Shown piece after piece: positions 38,957 through 48,914 of a DNA stretch of 64,000 nucleotides. How positions within the stretch are numbered: the stretch's first letter is position 1; each line of letters begins with the position of its first letter. Origin of the DNA: Dehalococcoidia bacterium (lineage in GTDB: Bacteria; Chloroflexota; Dehalococcoidia; Plut-88900); contig CBDFLQ010000005.1 in the NCBI GenBank assembly GCA_965249275.1, forward strand, positions 288,001 to 352,000, given 5' to 3'. The translations under genes were made by a program, and so were the position numbers. The notes beneath the pieces are model-generated. The model had not been told where the DNA came from, ran no database searches, and saw nothing but the letters and a program-made list of their open reading frames with translations.

Positions 38957-39271
38957 TCAGCCAGCCTTCTTACACAGCTCGCAGCCGCACAGCGATCTTA
39001 GCAACGCGAAAGAGTAGATTCCCGTTTCGTGGGCATCACTCCAGAGGAGTTGGACGGCGTAGCGCCCGATCTCGATGAAGTCCAGGATTTCGATGTCAGA
39101 GGACACCGAGTCGGGGTCAAGGATTCGGCGACCCGACCACTCGTCGATGCAGTTGGCGCACTTGCACTCTTCCCGGAGCCCTTTGAAAGGGTACACGCTC
39201 CTGTGCTCCTCGTCCCACTGCACCGCCAAACCCTCTCCCGTGAGTTCAATTAATCTTGGCTCTTCTATCAT
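38957..39271 (-). CDS. DUF971 / GBBH N-terminal-like protein
   Basis: LR..C.CA.C, GRYAVQL.WSD.H..GIY. Confidence 0.88.
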   Translation of the reverse strand: MIEEPRLIELTGEGLAVQWDEEHRSVYPFKGLREECKCANCIDEWSGRRILDPDSVSSDIEILDFIEIGRYAVQLLWSDAHETGIYSFALLRSLCGCELCKKAG

Positions 39272-40029
39272 TGAGAATTGTACCCTCCGTCTATTAGAAA
39301 GCTGGCTCCGGCCACGTATTCAGCATCGTCGGAGGCTAGGTAAAGGGCGAGCTTGGCGACGTCCTCGGGCACACCCATCCGGCCCACGGGTATGCCATCT
39401 GCGTATTTGGCAGCGATGGCTGGGGAACGAGAGACGCGTCGGGAGCCGGGGGTGTCGATCACACCGGGGACGATGCAGTTAACACGTATCCCACGCTCGC
39501 AATACTGGCTACTAGCGGTTTTGGTCAGCTGGACTATGCCAGCCTTGGTGACTGAGTAGGGCAAAGAGAAGGTGCTCCCCCGGAGCACGACTGCCGATGA
39601 GATGTTGATGATGGCCCCACCGCCGCCTTTCAGCATGGCGGGTATGGCGTACTTGCAACTTAGGAAAGGCCCCTTCAGAAACAACCCCAGTCCCGAGTCC
39701 CACTCCTCTTCAGTTACCTCGGCGACGGGGCCGGTCTCAGTTTGGCATGCAGCGCCGTTCACCAGGATATCGAGGCTGCCGTGCCGGGCCAGGGTGTCAT
39801 CCATGAGGGTCTTCACCTGTGCTGAGTCGGTGACATCAACGCGGCGGAACTCGGAGCCTGCCCCCATCTCCTTAGCCTCGGTCACCGCTTGCTCCCCACC
39901 TGCTTCGTCTACGTCGGCGATTATGGTAAATGCGCCTTCCTCGGCAAAGAGGAGAGCCGTGGCTCGGCTGATGCCCGATGCCGCACCCGTGACTATGGCC
40001 ACCTTCCCAGCAAGCTTGCCGTTCATCAT
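39268..40029 (-). CDS. SDR family oxidoreductase
   Basis: TGAASGI, NISS, YSVTK, RVN.I.PG. Confidence 0.92.
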   Translation of the reverse strand: MMNGKLAGKVAIVTGAASGISRATALLFAEEGAFTIIADVDEAGGEQAVTEAKEMGAGSEFRRVDVTDSAQVKTLMDDTLARHGSLDILVNGAACQTETGPVAEVTEEEWDSGLGLFLKGPFLSCKYAIPAMLKGGGGAIINISSAVVLRGSTFSLPYSVTKAGIVQLTKTASSQYCERGIRVNCIVPGVIDTPGSRRVSRSPAIAAKYADGIPVGRMGVPEDVAKLALYLASDDAEYVAGASFLIDGGYNSQ

Positions 40030-41268
40030 CTATCGCAGGTAGCCGAGGGCTGCGAGGGCGTAGATCTTCGCCGAGCTGATAAGGTCGTCCACCGGGACCC
40101 GCTCGTTGGGACCGTGGGCCATGCTGAGGAGGCCCGGGCCGAAGGCAGAGATGGTCGGGGTTCGGGCGATGGTCTGGAAGTAGGGTGCATCCGTGCCGCC
40201 TGTGAAGCCACCTATTTGCGGCTTGAACCCGAGCACCCGGTCTGTGGCATCGAGTATCGAGTCCACCAGAGGGTGATTAGCCGGTATCTCTGCCCCGTCA
40301 ATCCAGCCCTGGCCATCGGCGAGGACCATCTCGACGTCGAGGTCGGGATCTTCCTTGCGGAGCTTGTCCAGGAAGCCGTTGAGGTCTTCCATCACCGTGT
40401 CACGGGTCATGCCGGGGAGGAGCCGGATGTCGTTCTTCGCCTCCATGTAGCCGGGGATGATGCAGTAGTTGACGCCGCCGTTCATAGTCTCGGCGAGGTT
40501 AATGGTGATTCCCTGGGGGTAGAGGGGGTGGGGTTCGTGTCGGATGACCAACTCCTCCGACATCCGGTAGAGCACCTTTGCCAGTTTAACCCCTGCATTC
40601 ACGCCGTTCCTGATGTCAGACTGGCTGCTGTGCATCTGGGTGCCCTTCACCATCAACGTGAAGCAAATCGCACCCCGGCAGGCGGTGGCCAGGAAATCGA
40701 GGCCCGACTCCATTCCAGACGGCTCACCGATGAGGCAGGCGTCGGCCTCCGCCAAGCCCTCGCGGGCCATGTACTCGGCGCCGTAGTGACCGCCGTTCTC
40801 CTCGTCGGAGGTGAAGGCCAGGACCAGCTCCCCATTGAAGGGAGCTCCCGTCTCCTTGATGGCGATGGCCCCGTACAGCATGGCGGCTATGGGGCCCTTC
40901 ATGTCGGCCGCTCCTCGGCCGTAGAGTTCACCGTCGATGATCTCTGCGCCGTAGGGGTCGGCGCGCCAATGGGAGCGCTCATCCTCTCCGACCGGTACGA
41001 CGTCGGTGTGGCCGTTGTAGATGAGTCTCTTGCCGGACCCCTGGCCCTTCAGGGTGGTAATGACACTGGGCCGCTCCGGGTCGGAGGCAATGGTTATCGT
41101 GTCTCCCAGCGAATAGCGGTCTATGACCTGTTTCAGTGCCTCCGCGACTTCCCTCTCGCCGCCCGGGGGGTTCTCCGAGGGTCGCTGCAGGAGGGCCTGG
41201 GCCAGCCCAACGAGCTCGTCACGCCTGGCGTCGATGGCATCCAGAATCCGGGACTCGTTCATCGTCAT
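40030..41268 (-). CDS. M20 family metallopeptidase (DapE/ArgE-like)
   Basis: NGHTDVVP, GRGAADMKG, DEE, GEP, AHGPNE. Confidence 0.9.
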   Translation of the reverse strand: MTMNESRILDAIDARRDELVGLAQALLQRPSENPPGGEREVAEALKQVIDRYSLGDTITIASDPERPSVITTLKGQGSGKRLIYNGHTDVVPVGEDERSHWRADPYGAEIIDGELYGRGAADMKGPIAAMLYGAIAIKETGAPFNGELVLAFTSDEENGGHYGAEYMAREGLAEADACLIGEPSGMESGLDFLATACRGAICFTLMVKGTQMHSSQSDIRNGVNAGVKLAKVLYRMSEELVIRHEPHPLYPQGITINLAETMNGGVNYCIIPGYMEAKNDIRLLPGMTRDTVMEDLNGFLDKLRKEDPDLDVEMVLADGQGWIDGAEIPANHPLVDSILDATDRVLGFKPQIGGFTGGTDAPYFQTIARTPTISAFGPGLLSMAHGPNERVPVDDLISSAKIYALAALGYLR

Positions 41269-41494
41269 CCCTCCTTGAAAGGTTGTTTGGGGTTCGGGGC
41301 TTGGGGGAGAGTATATATCAGGCGGTAAATCTTATGATTATCTCTGAATGTTTCTGATTGCTTCCGTGGCTGTTTGATTGATCCGGGGAGAATGTTCCCG
41401 CGGGCCTCGGGGGGATGAGCGTCGGGAAAAGGCGGGAATGCGTTGAAAGGCATAGGGCATTATAGGGAGGTGGGGTGGGGGTGGGGCAAGGGGT

Positions 41495-41616
41495 TCATGT
41501 CACTCGCCGAGGCGAGTCTTCGACTCTCCTCAGCGAGCCTACGGCCCCATCCCCTTTCACGCGGGAGGGGACACCCCCCGCTTGACCCTTCGAGTGCGTC
41601 AGGGTGAGCGGCCCCT
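41495..41616 (+). repeat. Degenerate host repeat D with two tandem 21-nt micro-elements (41504-41524, 41525-41545), followed by host repeat B
   Basis: TCAC[TCGCCGAGGCGAGTCTTCGAC][TCTCCTCAGCGAGCCTACGGC]CCCATCCCC. Confidence 0.75.
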
Positions 41617-41747
41617 CCCTGGGATTCACACCATGTCATACCTGCGGTTCTAAAGTCACAAACGAAGTGCACCACCTGATGAGGGTGCGTCGTGGGAAGA
41701 GGTGTTGGGGGTGGATAGGCCGTACTTCGTGAGCGCGCAAGTCCTAG

Positions 41748-42943
41748 GAAACCTCTGAACAAGTCTAAGGGCATAGGTAATAGGTAAGATAGGGAGAGTA
41801 AGGCCAAAGCTGAGGTGAGATTTGATGGAGCAGCCGACATTTGCAGACTTGGAATACGAGGGCAAGAAGCGAAAGACCCGCCGGGAGATATTTCTGGAGC
41901 GGATGGAGGACCTGGTTCCATGGGGAAAGTTAGAGGAGCGAATCCGGCCCTACTATTCCAGGGCGGGCCGTGGACGGAGGCCCTACGAGTTGTCGGTGAT
42001 GCTGCGGATACACTGCGTGCAGCTGTTCTACAACCTGAGCGATCCGGGCATGGAGGACATGCTCTACGAGGTGGAGTCGGTGAGGCGGTTCGCAGGTCTG
42101 AGGCTGTCCGGCCCCTTGCCTGACGAGACTACGATACTGAACTTCCGCCATCTGCTGGAAGAGCAGGAGTTGGGTCGGGGGCTGTTCGAGGAGATCAACC
42201 GTCATCTGGAGTCTCGGGGACTGAGGCTCAGGGAGGGTACGATTGTGGATGCGAGCATCATCGAGGCGCCGGCGTCTACGAAGAACCGTGCTGGAGAGCG
42301 AGACCCCGATATGCACCAAGTGAAGAAGGGGAAGGAGTGGCACTTCGGTATGAAAGTGCACATTGGTGCAGACGCTGACACGGGGGTGGTGCACAGTATG
42401 AGTACGACAGCTGCGAACGTGCATGACGTGACGGAGGCGCACCGGCTGCTGCATGGAGGGGAGAGGCGAGTGTGGGGAGATGCGGGATATCAGGGAGTGG
42501 AGAAGCGGGCGGAGAATCGGGATATGGATGTGGAGTGGCGGGTGGCGATGAGACCTGGACGGCGTCGGAAACTGAGGGCGGGGAGCTGCGAGGCCTTAGC
42601 GGAGAAGAGCAAATCATCCATCAGGGCTAAGGTGGAGCATCCGTTCCTGTACGTGAAACGGCACTTCGGCTACGCCAAGGTCCGCTACAGGGGCTTGTAC
42701 AAGAACACGCAACGGGTGGCGATGCTGCTGGGGCTGGCCAACTTGGTAAGGGCCGAGCGCCACTTAGCGGTGTGACGGAGGAGCAGTGTGGTCAAATCCG
42801 GGTCGATGGTGACTGGATGCCCTGACAGGCCAGAACATAGGATGCAAATAAGCCACCGAGACGCAACATTACGACCCAACCTCTCCCCAAAACTCCATGC
42901 AAGACAACCTAAGCTGGTTTACAGTGAGTTGTTCAGAGCTTCC
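41748..42943 (+). mobile_element. IS5 family (IS5 subgroup) element, 1196 bp, CTAG TSD
   Basis: TIRs GAAACCTCTGAACAA / TTGTTCAGAGCTTCC; CTAG at 41744-41747 and 42944-42947. Confidence 0.95.
41822..42775 (+). CDS. IS5 family transposase
   Basis: TRREIFL, PDETTILNFRHLLE, IVDA, WHFGMK.HIG.D, GDAGY, RAKVEHPF. Confidence 0.95.
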   Translation: MMEQPTFADLEYEGKKRKTRREIFLERMEDLVPWGKLEERIRPYYSRAGRGRRPYELSVMLRIHCVQLFYNLSDPGMEDMLYEVESVRRFAGLRLSGPLPDETTILNFRHLLEEQELGRGLFEEINRHLESRGLRLREGTIVDASIIEAPASTKNRAGERDPDMHQVKKGKEWHFGMKVHIGADADTGVVHSMSTTAANVHDVTEAHRLLHGGERRVWGDAGYQGVEKRAENRDMDVEWRVAMRPGRRRKLRAGSCEALAEKSKSSIRAKVEHPFLYVKRHFGYAKVRYRGLYKNTQRVAMLLGLANLVRAERHLAV

Positions 42944-43028
42944 CTAGATTCCTCGCGGAGCCGCGGAATGACACGGGGGGGGCAGGGGAGATGGGTGGGG
43001 ACGGGGGCGGATGTGAGAAAATGCATAT

Positions 43029-43646
43029 GTGAACGAGATGGATATAGACGTTCCCCGACCAGCGCCGGAGGACGGAAGGAACTTCTTGCGGGCGCGATGG
43101 AAGATTATTGTGCCGCTGCTTCTCTTATTTGCCGGGTTGGTGGCGGTGTTGGTGTGGGGGGCGCTGGACAAGGACTCGGCCACGGGGGGGAGCGGGGCGA
43201 CCAGGCCGGGCAAGGAGGCTCCCGCATTCTCGTTGGAATCATTCTCTGATGGGATGGTGTCGCTGGCCGATTTCGAAGGGCAGCCGGTGATCATCAACTT
43301 CTGGGCGTCGTGGTGTGCACCGTGTCGACAGGAAATGCCGGCACTGGAGGCGACCTGGCAGCTGTTCCGAGAGCGGGACTTGGTCATTGTGGGTATCAAT
43401 TTGCCTAAAAGTGACCCCGAGGAAAGCGCCCGAGCATTTCTGGACGAGTTCGGCATAAGTTATCCAAACGTCTTCGACACGAGAGGGTTTACGGCTATCG
43501 ACTACGGGGTGTCGGGGATACCGGTTACATTCTTCGTGGACAGGGAGGGTGTCGTGACCCGGAGGTTTGTGGGGACGCTTACTGAGGGTTCGTTGATGGT
43601 GTGGGCGGAAGAGTTGGTGGGGGGTGGGGAACCCTCACCCCCTTAG
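43029..43646 (+). CDS. TlpA/ResA-like thiol-disulfide oxidoreductase
   Basis: N-terminal TM helix; NFWASWCAPCRQEMP; G.P.TFF. Confidence 0.9.
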   Translation: MNEMDIDVPRPAPEDGRNFLRARWKIIVPLLLLFAGLVAVLVWGALDKDSATGGSGATRPGKEAPAFSLESFSDGMVSLADFEGQPVIINFWASWCAPCRQEMPALEATWQLFRERDLVIVGINLPKSDPEESARAFLDEFGISYPNVFDTRGFTAIDYGVSGIPVTFFVDREGVVTRRFVGTLTEGSLMVWAEELVGGGEPSPP

Positions 43647-43736
43647 TCCCCCTCTCCCTTAGGGCCTTCAAGGGAGAGGGGGAGAAAAGAATAGGGGCAC
43701 CCATCTGCGCAAAGCGCAGATGGGTGCCCCTAATTC
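43626..43736 (+). repeat. ~110-nt double-hairpin element, copy 1
   Basis: Near-identical to 51477-51589; perfect 19-bp stem at 43692-43732. Confidence 0.85.
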
Positions 43737-43923
43737 GATACCTGGAAACCACATCCAGAATCCACTTGACCCTTCGACTGTGCTCAGGGTGTGTGGCCCC
43801 GCCTCCCCAGGGGTGGGATAGGACCCGACACCACTCCGTCCCTGGATTCCTGATTTCTACAGGAATGACGAATAAGGGCGAGTTTGAACAGGGGGTCGGG
43901 GGAGATATAGAATAGGGCTAGTC

Positions 43924-44889
43924 TTGGAGGAGGCCTTTGCTTTGACGGAACCCTTAGATATAGCGCGTAAAATCCAAGAAAACGTTGAGAAGGTCATTAT
44001 CGGGAAGACGGCGGCGGTCCGCCTGGCGCTGATCGCGCTGATGTGCAACGGGCATATATTGATCGAGGACGTGCCGGGGGTGGGGAAGACGATGCTGGCG
44101 AAAAGCCTGGCAAAGAGCGTCGGGTGCAGCTTCAAGAGGATCCAGTTCACCCCCGACCTGCTCCCCTCCGACATCACGGGCGTCTCGATATACAACCAGA
44201 AGACAGAGACGTTCCAGTTCATGCCCGGTCCCCTGATTGCCCAGGTAGTGCTGGCCGACGAGATAAATCGGGCCACGCCGAAGGCTCAGTCGGCGCTGCT
44301 GGAGAGCATGGAGGAGATGCAGATCACCGTGGATGGCGTTTCCCACATCTTGCCCAGGCCGTTCCTGGTGATGGCCACGGAGAACCCGCTGGAATACGAA
44401 GGCACCTTCCCGCTTCCGCAGGGGCAGATGGACAGGTTCCTGATGCGGATCAGCCCAGGGTACCCGACCGCGGCACAGGAGCTTTCGATCATCGACAATC
44501 AGAGGTTTATACACCCTATAGAGACCATCTCGGCGGTAAGCACCCCGGAAGAGATAATCACGCTGCAGGACGAGGTGCGAAAAGTCCATGTGGACCTCAG
44601 TTTGAAGAGGTACATAGTTTCGATAGTGGACGCGACCCGGCACGATCGGGACGTGTACCTGGGGGTGTCGCCGCGGGGGTCTTTGGGGCTGTTCCGGTCG
44701 TCGCAGGCGAAGGCATTCCTGGAGGGCCGGGACTACGTTCTGCCGGATGACATCAAAGAGCTGAGCAAACCCGTGCTGGCACACCGTCTTATCACGAACC
44801 CCGGGGCCCGGTCCAGGGACATCACCGGGGCATCGTCCGTGGCGAAGATACTGGAGTCGGTGCCTATACCGGGCGTAAAGGTCGGGTGA
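43924..44889 (+). CDS. moxR: MoxR family AAA+ ATPase
   Basis: EDVPGVGKT, RIQFTPDLLPSD, DEINRA, GTFPLP..Q.DRF, SPRG. Confidence 0.95.
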   Translation: MEEAFALTEPLDIARKIQENVEKVIIGKTAAVRLALIALMCNGHILIEDVPGVGKTMLAKSLAKSVGCSFKRIQFTPDLLPSDITGVSIYNQKTETFQFMPGPLIAQVVLADEINRATPKAQSALLESMEEMQITVDGVSHILPRPFLVMATENPLEYEGTFPLPQGQMDRFLMRISPGYPTAAQELSIIDNQRFIHPIETISAVSTPEEIITLQDEVRKVHVDLSLKRYIVSIVDATRHDRDVYLGVSPRGSLGLFRSSQAKAFLEGRDYVLPDDIKELSKPVLAHRLITNPGARSRDITGASSVAKILESVPIPGVKVG

Positions 44890-44935
44890 GGGGCGCCTTT
44901 CGGACGCCCATCCAGGTCGTTCTCAAAGGACTTCC

Positions 44936-46180
44936 GTGAAGTTCAACCGCAAACTGCCCGCCATGACCCGGCTGCGGGTCGTCATTATCCTGATCACCAT
45001 CATCACTCTGATGGCGGTGTCCACCAACTACGGCCTCTACTACAAGATGTCCTACATCCTGGCCCTGCTCCTGGTCCTAAGCTACGGTTGGACTTGGCTG
45101 AACGGGAAGTGGGTGACCGTTACCGTAAAGAGGAACGTGGTTGCCGCGCGGGCGGGGGAGTGGCTGGAGGAACAACTGACGATAACCAACCGCTCGCGAG
45201 TTGTCCCGGTGGTCTGGATGGAGGTGGACGAGAAGAGCGACATGCCGGAGCACGGTGGAGAGATGGTAATCAGTCTTCCCAGCGCGAGATTCGGGCAGTG
45301 GAGCCTCTGGACACACTGCACGCAGAGGGGCAAGTACCAGCTCGGGCCCCTAGCCGTAATCAGCAGCGACCCCTTGGGCCTGTTCCAGAAGAGCCGATGG
45401 TTCGGGAAACCGCAACCCTTTACCGTTTACCCGTCCCTGGTCAGCCTGCCCAGTTTTGCGCTGCCGTCCAGCGACCTGCCGGGCGACTCCACATCCCGGC
45501 AGCATACGCAGGTGGTCACGCCAGCCGCGTCGGGCATTCGGGAGTACATGCCCGGCGACAGCTACAGCCGGGTGCACTGGAGAAGCACGGCACGAACCGG
45601 AAAGCTGATGGTCAAAGAGTTCGAGCAGGAGGAGTCGGCGAAGGTGTGGATCGTGTTGGACATGGAGGAAAGAGTGCACCGGGGCTCGGGGCCGGAGAGC
45701 AGCGAGGAGTACGCGGTCACGGCGGCAGCCTCAATAGCCGACAAGTACCTTCAGAGGGGACTGCCCGTGGGAATAACCGCGGTTGGCAACATCAAGCTGA
45801 ACCTTGCTCCCAAGCCGGGAGTCAACCAGTTCGACCTGATAATGGACGGCCTGGCGGAGATCAAGGCCGAGGGGAAAGTGCCCCTTGCCGACGTGCTTAG
45901 AGACAGCGAAACCGTCTTCAATCGATACTGTACGCTGGTCATAGTGGCGCCGGGGCCGGAGGAGGAGTGGATGGGAACGGTGCAGCGGTTGTCACAGAAG
46001 AGGATACAGTCGGCGGTGGTGGTGCTGGACATCGAGAGCTTCGGGAGTGGGGTGAACGGGACAGCCAAATTGGCGGGCGGTGGACCTCTGGCCGGGGGGC
46101 AGATCCCAACATGCGTGTTGGCGATGGGAGAAGACTTGAGCGAAGCGCTGGCGATGGACTACGTGGGAAAGGCGGTGTGA
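44936..46180 (+). CDS. DUF58 domain protein
   Basis: DPLGLF, IREY.PGD..RVHW.STAR.GKLMVKEF. Confidence 0.92.
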   Translation: MKFNRKLPAMTRLRVVIILITIITLMAVSTNYGLYYKMSYILALLLVLSYGWTWLNGKWVTVTVKRNVVAARAGEWLEEQLTITNRSRVVPVVWMEVDEKSDMPEHGGEMVISLPSARFGQWSLWTHCTQRGKYQLGPLAVISSDPLGLFQKSRWFGKPQPFTVYPSLVSLPSFALPSSDLPGDSTSRQHTQVVTPAASGIREYMPGDSYSRVHWRSTARTGKLMVKEFEQEESAKVWIVLDMEERVHRGSGPESSEEYAVTAAASIADKYLQRGLPVGITAVGNIKLNLAPKPGVNQFDLIMDGLAEIKAEGKVPLADVLRDSETVFNRYCTLVIVAPGPEEEWMGTVQRLSQKRIQSAVVVLDIESFGSGVNGTAKLAGGGPLAGGQIPTCVLAMGEDLSEALAMDYVGKAV

Positions 46181-46220
46181 GGGATTTGGTGAAGCGCATA
46201 TGTTGTTTTCCCTCAAGGAT

Positions 46221-46400
46221 CACCCTCACCTCTTCGACAGGCTCAGGGCAGGCTCTAGCCCTCTCACGCCTTGGCGCATCTACGACCCGTCGAGGGAGAG
46301 GGGACAGGACGCCCCCCGCTCGACCCTTCGACCCTGCTTCGGCCTCTGCGGATCCTCCTCAGGCGGATGTTCCATCTTCGACAGCACGAGCGGCCCCACG
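46221..46400 (+). repeat. Host repeats D and B carrying 24-nt (46231-46254), 21-nt (46266-46286) and nested 42-nt (46341-46382) inserts
   Basis: Removing the first two inserts restores CACCCTCACCCTAGCCCTCTCCCGTCGAGGGAGAGGG. Confidence 0.8.
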
Positions 46401-46430
46401 CACCGCGGAATGGATTGAGAAGGGTAGCGA

Positions 46431-48914
46431 ATGGCAGTAGCGGCGCCTAATCTGAAGAAGCACACCCCGGACTTCGAGCCTCTGGGTGGCCTGCCGCGCT
46501 CGCAGTACGGGCCCAAGGAGGGGTGGCTTACCTTCGTCATAGTGCTGCTGCTGGTGCTGTCGGTGGTTTGGTCGGTGGAGACGGCCCACTGGCTGGATGG
46601 GATGCCTTCTTACAGCATGACGTCGATTATTGCGGTGCTCACAGGGATGCTGCTTGCCAAGATAAAAACACGGGCAATATTCCTGCACGGGGGCAGCATC
46701 CTGTTCGCATACGTTTTGATGGTCTGGCAGACACGGTATCTGACTCCGGACGGGTGGTTCATAGCCAAGACCAGCGACATGGTGAGCAGGTTCCAGGTAT
46801 GGGTGACGGCGGCGGAGTCGGGGGGGATAAGCGCGGACCCATTGCCCTTCGTGATCATCGTATTCATATTCACATGGATTGTCACTTACGTGGCGTCGTG
46901 GTTCGTGTTCCGGTCGCTGAGGTTCTGGCCGGCGGTAATCCCTGCAGGTCTCGCGCTGTTTCTGAACCTGCTCTACCTCCCCGAGAAGTTCTGGGTGTTC
47001 TTCTACATGTTCATCCTGATGGTGATCCTGCTTTCCATGAGGATGTACTTTCTGCGAAAGAGGGCGGCGTGGGACCGGAAGGAGGTGCCCTACGTCAGGG
47101 GCATTTCGCCGGCGTTCGGGTTCACGACGCTGCTGCTGGCAGGGGTGATGATGCTGTCCGTGGTGCTGGTGCCTCGCACGGACTTCGGGCCCGACGTTAT
47201 GAAGAAGGGCTGGACGGTCATGAGCATCCCGTGGAAGGCCATGGAGACCGAGCTAGGCAGGGTCTTGTCCTTCTTACCGGCACAGATACCATATACGATC
47301 CACAAGTTCGGGGATGCGTTCCCGTTCAGGGGGGCGAGCAATCTCGGTGACCACGTGGTGATGCAGATATCGTCGGACCAGCCGGCTTACTGGAGAGCAG
47401 CGACCTTCGACGTCTACACGCCAAAGGGGTGGCTGACGGGAGAGAGGGTCGACCTAAACAAGGCATTCCTGCCGGGAGAGGACGAGGAGATAGCCGTCTA
47501 CAGCGGAACGGAGCTTTTCGAGCAGTCGGTGGAGATGGGTGTTAGCTCGGATGCGATCTTTGCGGGCGCGAACCCGCTGCACGCTAATCGGAGGTTCGAG
47601 ATAGAGATCTCGCCGCCTATGACGTTCGAGATAAACCTGTCCGAGCCGACGGACTTCGAGGCATTTCCTGAAGAGCTGAGGCTCGTGGCCCGGGCCATAA
47701 GGGCGGATGCCGAAAGTGGCACGCTCACCTTCACCAGGGCTCTGGAGGCAATGCCGGAGGATACGATAATCCAGGAGATCGTGCGGGACGGAAGCAGGGC
47801 CAGCAAGGTCATCCTGTCCCGGAAGCCGCCCAACCCACCCGACATCACGGCACTCCGTCCCCACAAAGACCTGAACCCCACCGACACTTATGACGCCATC
47901 TCCTACACCTCCACGGCGTCGGAGGAGGCGTTGATAGAAGCGGGAACGGACTACCCGTCCTGGGTGACGGACAGGTACCTGCAGCTGCCGGACGATTTGC
48001 CGCAGAGGGTGCGGGGACTGGCGGAGGGGCTGACGGACAACAGGGACAATCCCTACGACAAGGCGATAGCGATCAGGAACTGGCTGAGGATCATACCGTT
48101 CTACACGACGGACATAGAAGCGCCACCGGAAGAAGCGGACGGAGTGGACTACTTCCTGTTCGAGACCAAGAGGGGGTACAGCAGCTATTTCTCGTCGTCG
48201 ATGGTGGTGATGTTGAGGGCGGTTGGGATACCTTCACGGTTGGCGGTGGGGTACTCGACGGGCGGGTGGGACGATGAGACGAGCCGATACGTAGTAATCA
48301 GCGCCAACGCCCACTCGTGGCCCGAGGCTTACTTCCCGGACTATGGGTGGATCGCCTTCGAACCCGTCCCTCAGAACGACGTGATAATACGCGGTGGGTT
48401 CATCAAGGGAGATGAAGAGGAAGGCATCGAAGACGTGGCCCGTTTGATGCAGGGCGGCGACCCGCCGGGCGTGGGACAGGACAACCTCAGCCCCGTTGGA
48501 AGGCTATCTCTGGGGCCGATTCCGGGCTGGGGAATTGTGGCAGTCGTCTCTGTAATAGCCGGGGTGGCGCTAGTTTTCCTAACCCTAATCGTGTGGTTGG
48601 CGTACGGACTTAGAAAACTGGGGGTTTCGGCGCAGGTCTACGGGAAGATGGCAAGGATGGCGAGACTTGCGGGTCACGGGCCACGGGCCACGGACACACC
48701 AAGGGAGTTCGCGTTGAACCTGGCGGTGGCAATGGACTCAGTGGACGGCCACATCGAACGGATTGGTGAGGCGTATGGGGCTCGGAATTACAGGTCGACA
48801 CCACTGTCGGAGAGCGAACGGGAGTCGTTGGCCGGGGACTGGGACGCACTGCGACGGCAGCTATTCATCTGGTCCATCAAACGCAGGCTGACCGGTTGGA
48901 GAAACAGAGAATGA
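46431..48914 (+). CDS. Membrane transglutaminase-like protein (TgpA/DUF3488-DUF4129 type)
   Basis: Multiple TM helices; YWR..FD.Y, MLR..GIP.RLAVGY, AHSWPE.YF..GW..FEP; GYSSYFSS at the position of the usual GYC. Confidence 0.9.
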   Translation: MAVAAPNLKKHTPDFEPLGGLPRSQYGPKEGWLTFVIVLLLVLSVVWSVETAHWLDGMPSYSMTSIIAVLTGMLLAKIKTRAIFLHGGSILFAYVLMVWQTRYLTPDGWFIAKTSDMVSRFQVWVTAAESGGISADPLPFVIIVFIFTWIVTYVASWFVFRSLRFWPAVIPAGLALFLNLLYLPEKFWVFFYMFILMVILLSMRMYFLRKRAAWDRKEVPYVRGISPAFGFTTLLLAGVMMLSVVLVPRTDFGPDVMKKGWTVMSIPWKAMETELGRVLSFLPAQIPYTIHKFGDAFPFRGASNLGDHVVMQISSDQPAYWRAATFDVYTPKGWLTGERVDLNKAFLPGEDEEIAVYSGTELFEQSVEMGVSSDAIFAGANPLHANRRFEIEISPPMTFEINLSEPTDFEAFPEELRLVARAIRADAESGTLTFTRALEAMPEDTIIQEIVRDGSRASKVILSRKPPNPPDITALRPHKDLNPTDTYDAISYTSTASEEALIEAGTDYPSWVTDRYLQLPDDLPQRVRGLAEGLTDNRDNPYDKAIAIRNWLRIIPFYTTDIEAPPEEADGVDYFLFETKRGYSSYFSSSMVVMLRAVGIPSRLAVGYSTGGWDDETSRYVVISANAHSWPEAYFPDYGWIAFEPVPQNDVIIRGGFIKGDEEEGIEDVARLMQGGDPPGVGQDNLSPVGRLSLGPIPGWGIVAVVSVIAGVALVFLTLIVWLAYGLRKLGVSAQVYGKMARMARLAGHGPRATDTPREFALNLAVAMDSVDGHIERIGEAYGARNYRSTPLSESERESLAGDWDALRRQLFIWSIKRRLTGWRNRE

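Noticed and set aside
39889-41328. 479-aa + strand ORF (also 14489-15751 and 57048-58052)
   Set aside because: Antisense shadows of well-supported minus-strand genes in GC-rich DNA.
46200-46418. Small ORFs over repeat clusters (also the 19371 N-terminal extension, 43601-43915, 51495-51965, 61756-61959)
   Set aside because: They are translations of hairpin repeats with no independent coding evidence.
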